Shown here piece after piece: positions 60,689 through 64,000 of a DNA stretch of 64,000 nucleotides. The position numbers were made by a program, and so were the translations under genes. The notes beneath the pieces were generated by a model. The model was not told the DNA's origin. It saw only the letters and a list, made by a program, of their open reading frames with translations, and searched no databases. Position 1 is the first letter of the stretch; each line of letters starts with the position of its first letter. This DNA is from an uncultured delta proteobacterium (GTDB lineage: Bacteria > Desulfobacterota > Binatia > UBA9968), in assembly GCA_963727625.1 (NCBI GenBank), contig CAVSHR010000008.1, positions 64,001-128,000 on the forward strand, read 5' to 3'.

Positions 60689-61597
60689 GTGGACGCGCTC
60701 ATTCACCAATACACCGAGCATTTGCGCGGCGAGCGTAACGTGTCGCCGCATACGCTCAGAAACTATTTGAGCGATCTGGCGCAATTCGGCGGGTTTTTGC
60801 GCGAGCGTGAGTTTTGTCTCGACTCGCACGGCTTGGTCGACCCGCGCAAGATCGATGTGCATATCCTACGTGCGTATCTGGCGGCTCTAGCGAAAGATCG
60901 GAAAAAGAGCTCCGTCGGCAGAAAGCTCGCCGCGTTAAAGGGATTTTTCCGCTATCTGGTAAACGCCCGTAAGCTCGATAAGGATCCGTTGCTGCTGATT
61001 CACGCGCCCAAACAAGAGAAGCCGCTGCCGGCGTTTCTTTCCGTCGACGATGTCTTCCTGCTCCTAGGCGGGATCAAAATCGACAACGGTCTCGACATAC
61101 GCGACCGGGCGGCGTTGGAGGTTTTTTATTCAACCGGGATTCGGGTGAGCGAGCTGGTCGGTTTGAACTGGGCCGATGTCGATTTCCAACTGGGAATCAT
61201 TCGCGTGGTCGGCAAAGGTTCGAAAGAACGGATCGTGCCGATCGGAGAGATTGCCTTACAGGCCTTGCGCGATTACGGCCGGGAGCAGCGTCAAAAATGG
61301 CATTTTAGCGCCAAGGGTGAAACCGCGGTTTACTTGAATAATCGCGGTCAACGAATCACCACGCGGAGCGTGGCGCGCGTCGTGGAAAAACATTTGAAGC
61401 GGGCCGGCATCCAAGTCAAAATGGGGCCGCACGGGTTGCGGCACAGTTTTGCCACTCACTTGCTCAACAGCGGTGCCGACTTGCGCGTGATTCAGGAACT
61501 GCTGGGCCACGCCAGTTTATCGACGACCCAAAAATATACCCATTTAAATCTGGACGCGTTGACCGCGGTCTATGACAAGGCACATCCGAGAGCCTAG
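60689..61597 (+). CDS. xerC: Tyrosine recombinase XerC
   Basis: SPHTLRNY, GIRVSEL, GKGSKER, PHGLRHSFATHLL and LLGHASLSTTQKY; upstream of hslVU. Confidence 0.93.
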   Translation: MDALIHQYTEHLRGERNVSPHTLRNYLSDLAQFGGFLREREFCLDSHGLVDPRKIDVHILRAYLAALAKDRKKSSVGRKLAALKGFFRYLVNARKLDKDPLLLIHAPKQEKPLPAFLSVDDVFLLLGGIKIDNGLDIRDRAALEVFYSTGIRVSELVGLNWADVDFQLGIIRVVGKGSKERIVPIGEIALQALRDYGREQRQKWHFSAKGETAVYLNNRGQRITTRSVARVVEKHLKRAGIQVKMGPHGLRHSFATHLLNSGADLRVIQELLGHASLSTTQKYTHLNLDALTAVYDKAHPRA

Positions 61598-61703
61598 AGA
61601 ACGCACGAGGCTTGAGGCGACAGGCATGAGAAAGACAGGGGAAGCCAACTGAATTTAATTACTCATGTCTCAGGCCTCGTGCCTCGCGCCCAGGAATTCG
61701 AAA

Positions 61704-62234
61704 ATGTTTGAAGGCACGACCATATTGGCGATCCGGCACGGCGGCAAAGTCGTGGTGGTGGGCGATGGGCAGGTGAGTTTGGGCCAGACCGTGATGAAGC
61801 GTAGCGCGCGCAAGGTGCGCAAGCTGCATCATGACAGGGTCATCGCCGGTTTCGCCGGCGCGACGGCGGATGCTTTCACGTTATTCGAAAAGTTTGACGC
61901 CAAGCTGGAACAGTTCAACGGCAACCTCAAGCGCGCGGCGGTCGAATTGGCCAAAGATTGGCGCACCGATCGCGTGCTGCGCCGGCTCGAGGCGCTGATG
62001 GTGATTGCCGACATCGACGATTTACTGGTCATCTCCGGCGCGGGCGATGTCATTGAGCCGGACGACGGCGTTATCGCTATCGGTTCGGGAGGCAACTATG
62101 CGCTGGCTGCGGCGCGAGTCCTGGTCAAGCACACGCAGTTGGATGCCCGGGTCATCGCCGAGGAAGCGATGCGCGTCGCCGCCGGTATCTGCGTTTACAC
62201 CAACGATCAGCTTACCTTCGAAGAGTTGCCCTAG
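61704..62234 (+). CDS. hslV: ATP-dependent protease subunit HslV
   Basis: [19 protein letters not shown] and IGSGG. Confidence 0.97.
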   Translation: MFEGTTILAIRHGGKVVVVGDGQVSLGQTVMKRSARKVRKLHHDRVIAGFAGATADAFTLFEKFDAKLEQFNGNLKRAAVELAKDWRTDRVLRRLEALMVIADIDDLLVISGAGDVIEPDDGVIAIGSGGNYALAAARVLVKHTQLDARVIAEEAMRVAAGICVYTNDQLTFEELP

Positions 62235-62439
62235 GGGGCGGGGCCGCTTACGGCCAATTTCAGTCGCCACCGGAGTTTCGCGCGCCGCGCCTTGAGCGGC
62301 TTATAATTAGCCGCGCCACCAAGACTCCATCCGGATCCAACTCAGCCGAAATTCCGGGGTTTTTTGGCAAGCCGCGCAGCTTGCGGGGACCGGCGAATGA
62401 TTGCTTTTCCTGGAGGAATTGTTAGGAGTGAGTATTCCT

Positions 62440-64000
<1,561 letters not shown>

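Noticed and set aside
60689-61597. xerC as part of the island or with an adjacent dif site
   Set aside because: It lies 12 kb outside attR in the usual xerC-hslV-hslU-argB context, and no dif-like 28-mer was noticed.

Overview
GC-rich bacterial chromosome segment; the gene content resembles Deltaproteobacteria/Binatota, which is an inference. Two blocks of intact housekeeping genes flank a ~35.6 kb genomic island. The left block (1-12.6 kb) holds trmFO, ppx/gppA, HU, ilvE, phnD-phnC-[antisense patatin]-phnE, nadK and recN. The right block (48.4-64 kb) holds rpmE, prfA, prmC, murA, hisD-B-H-A, an MFS transporter, xerC, hslV, hslU and argB. The island is integrated at tRNA-Ala(GGC), with attL at 12763-12787, attR at 48378-48401 and matching GGGGGCA(A/G)C arm-type repeats at both ends. 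It has a P4-like integrase on the left, and AlpA plus a second tyrosine recombinase on the right. No capsid, conjugation or replication genes are recognisable. The left third (14.2-28.4 kb) is a chain of cargo blocks separated by tRNA-derived, att-like sites. These are an inverted tRNA-Ala fragment, three tRNA-Leu(CAA) cores (two inside a co-linear 95-bp repeat), three tRNA-Lys-like cores, and a tRNA-Leu split by a group I intron plus a cation-transporter gene. The rest of the island carries a frameshift-rich type I restriction-modification locus with an inserted ATPase, two unknown ORFs, an HD+CYTH pair bounded by a 16-bp direct repeat, and an IS1634 interrupted by an IS630 and a passenger-carrying IS1595. 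No CRISPR array or rRNA was seen. Family calls come from motif recognition only; no searches were run.
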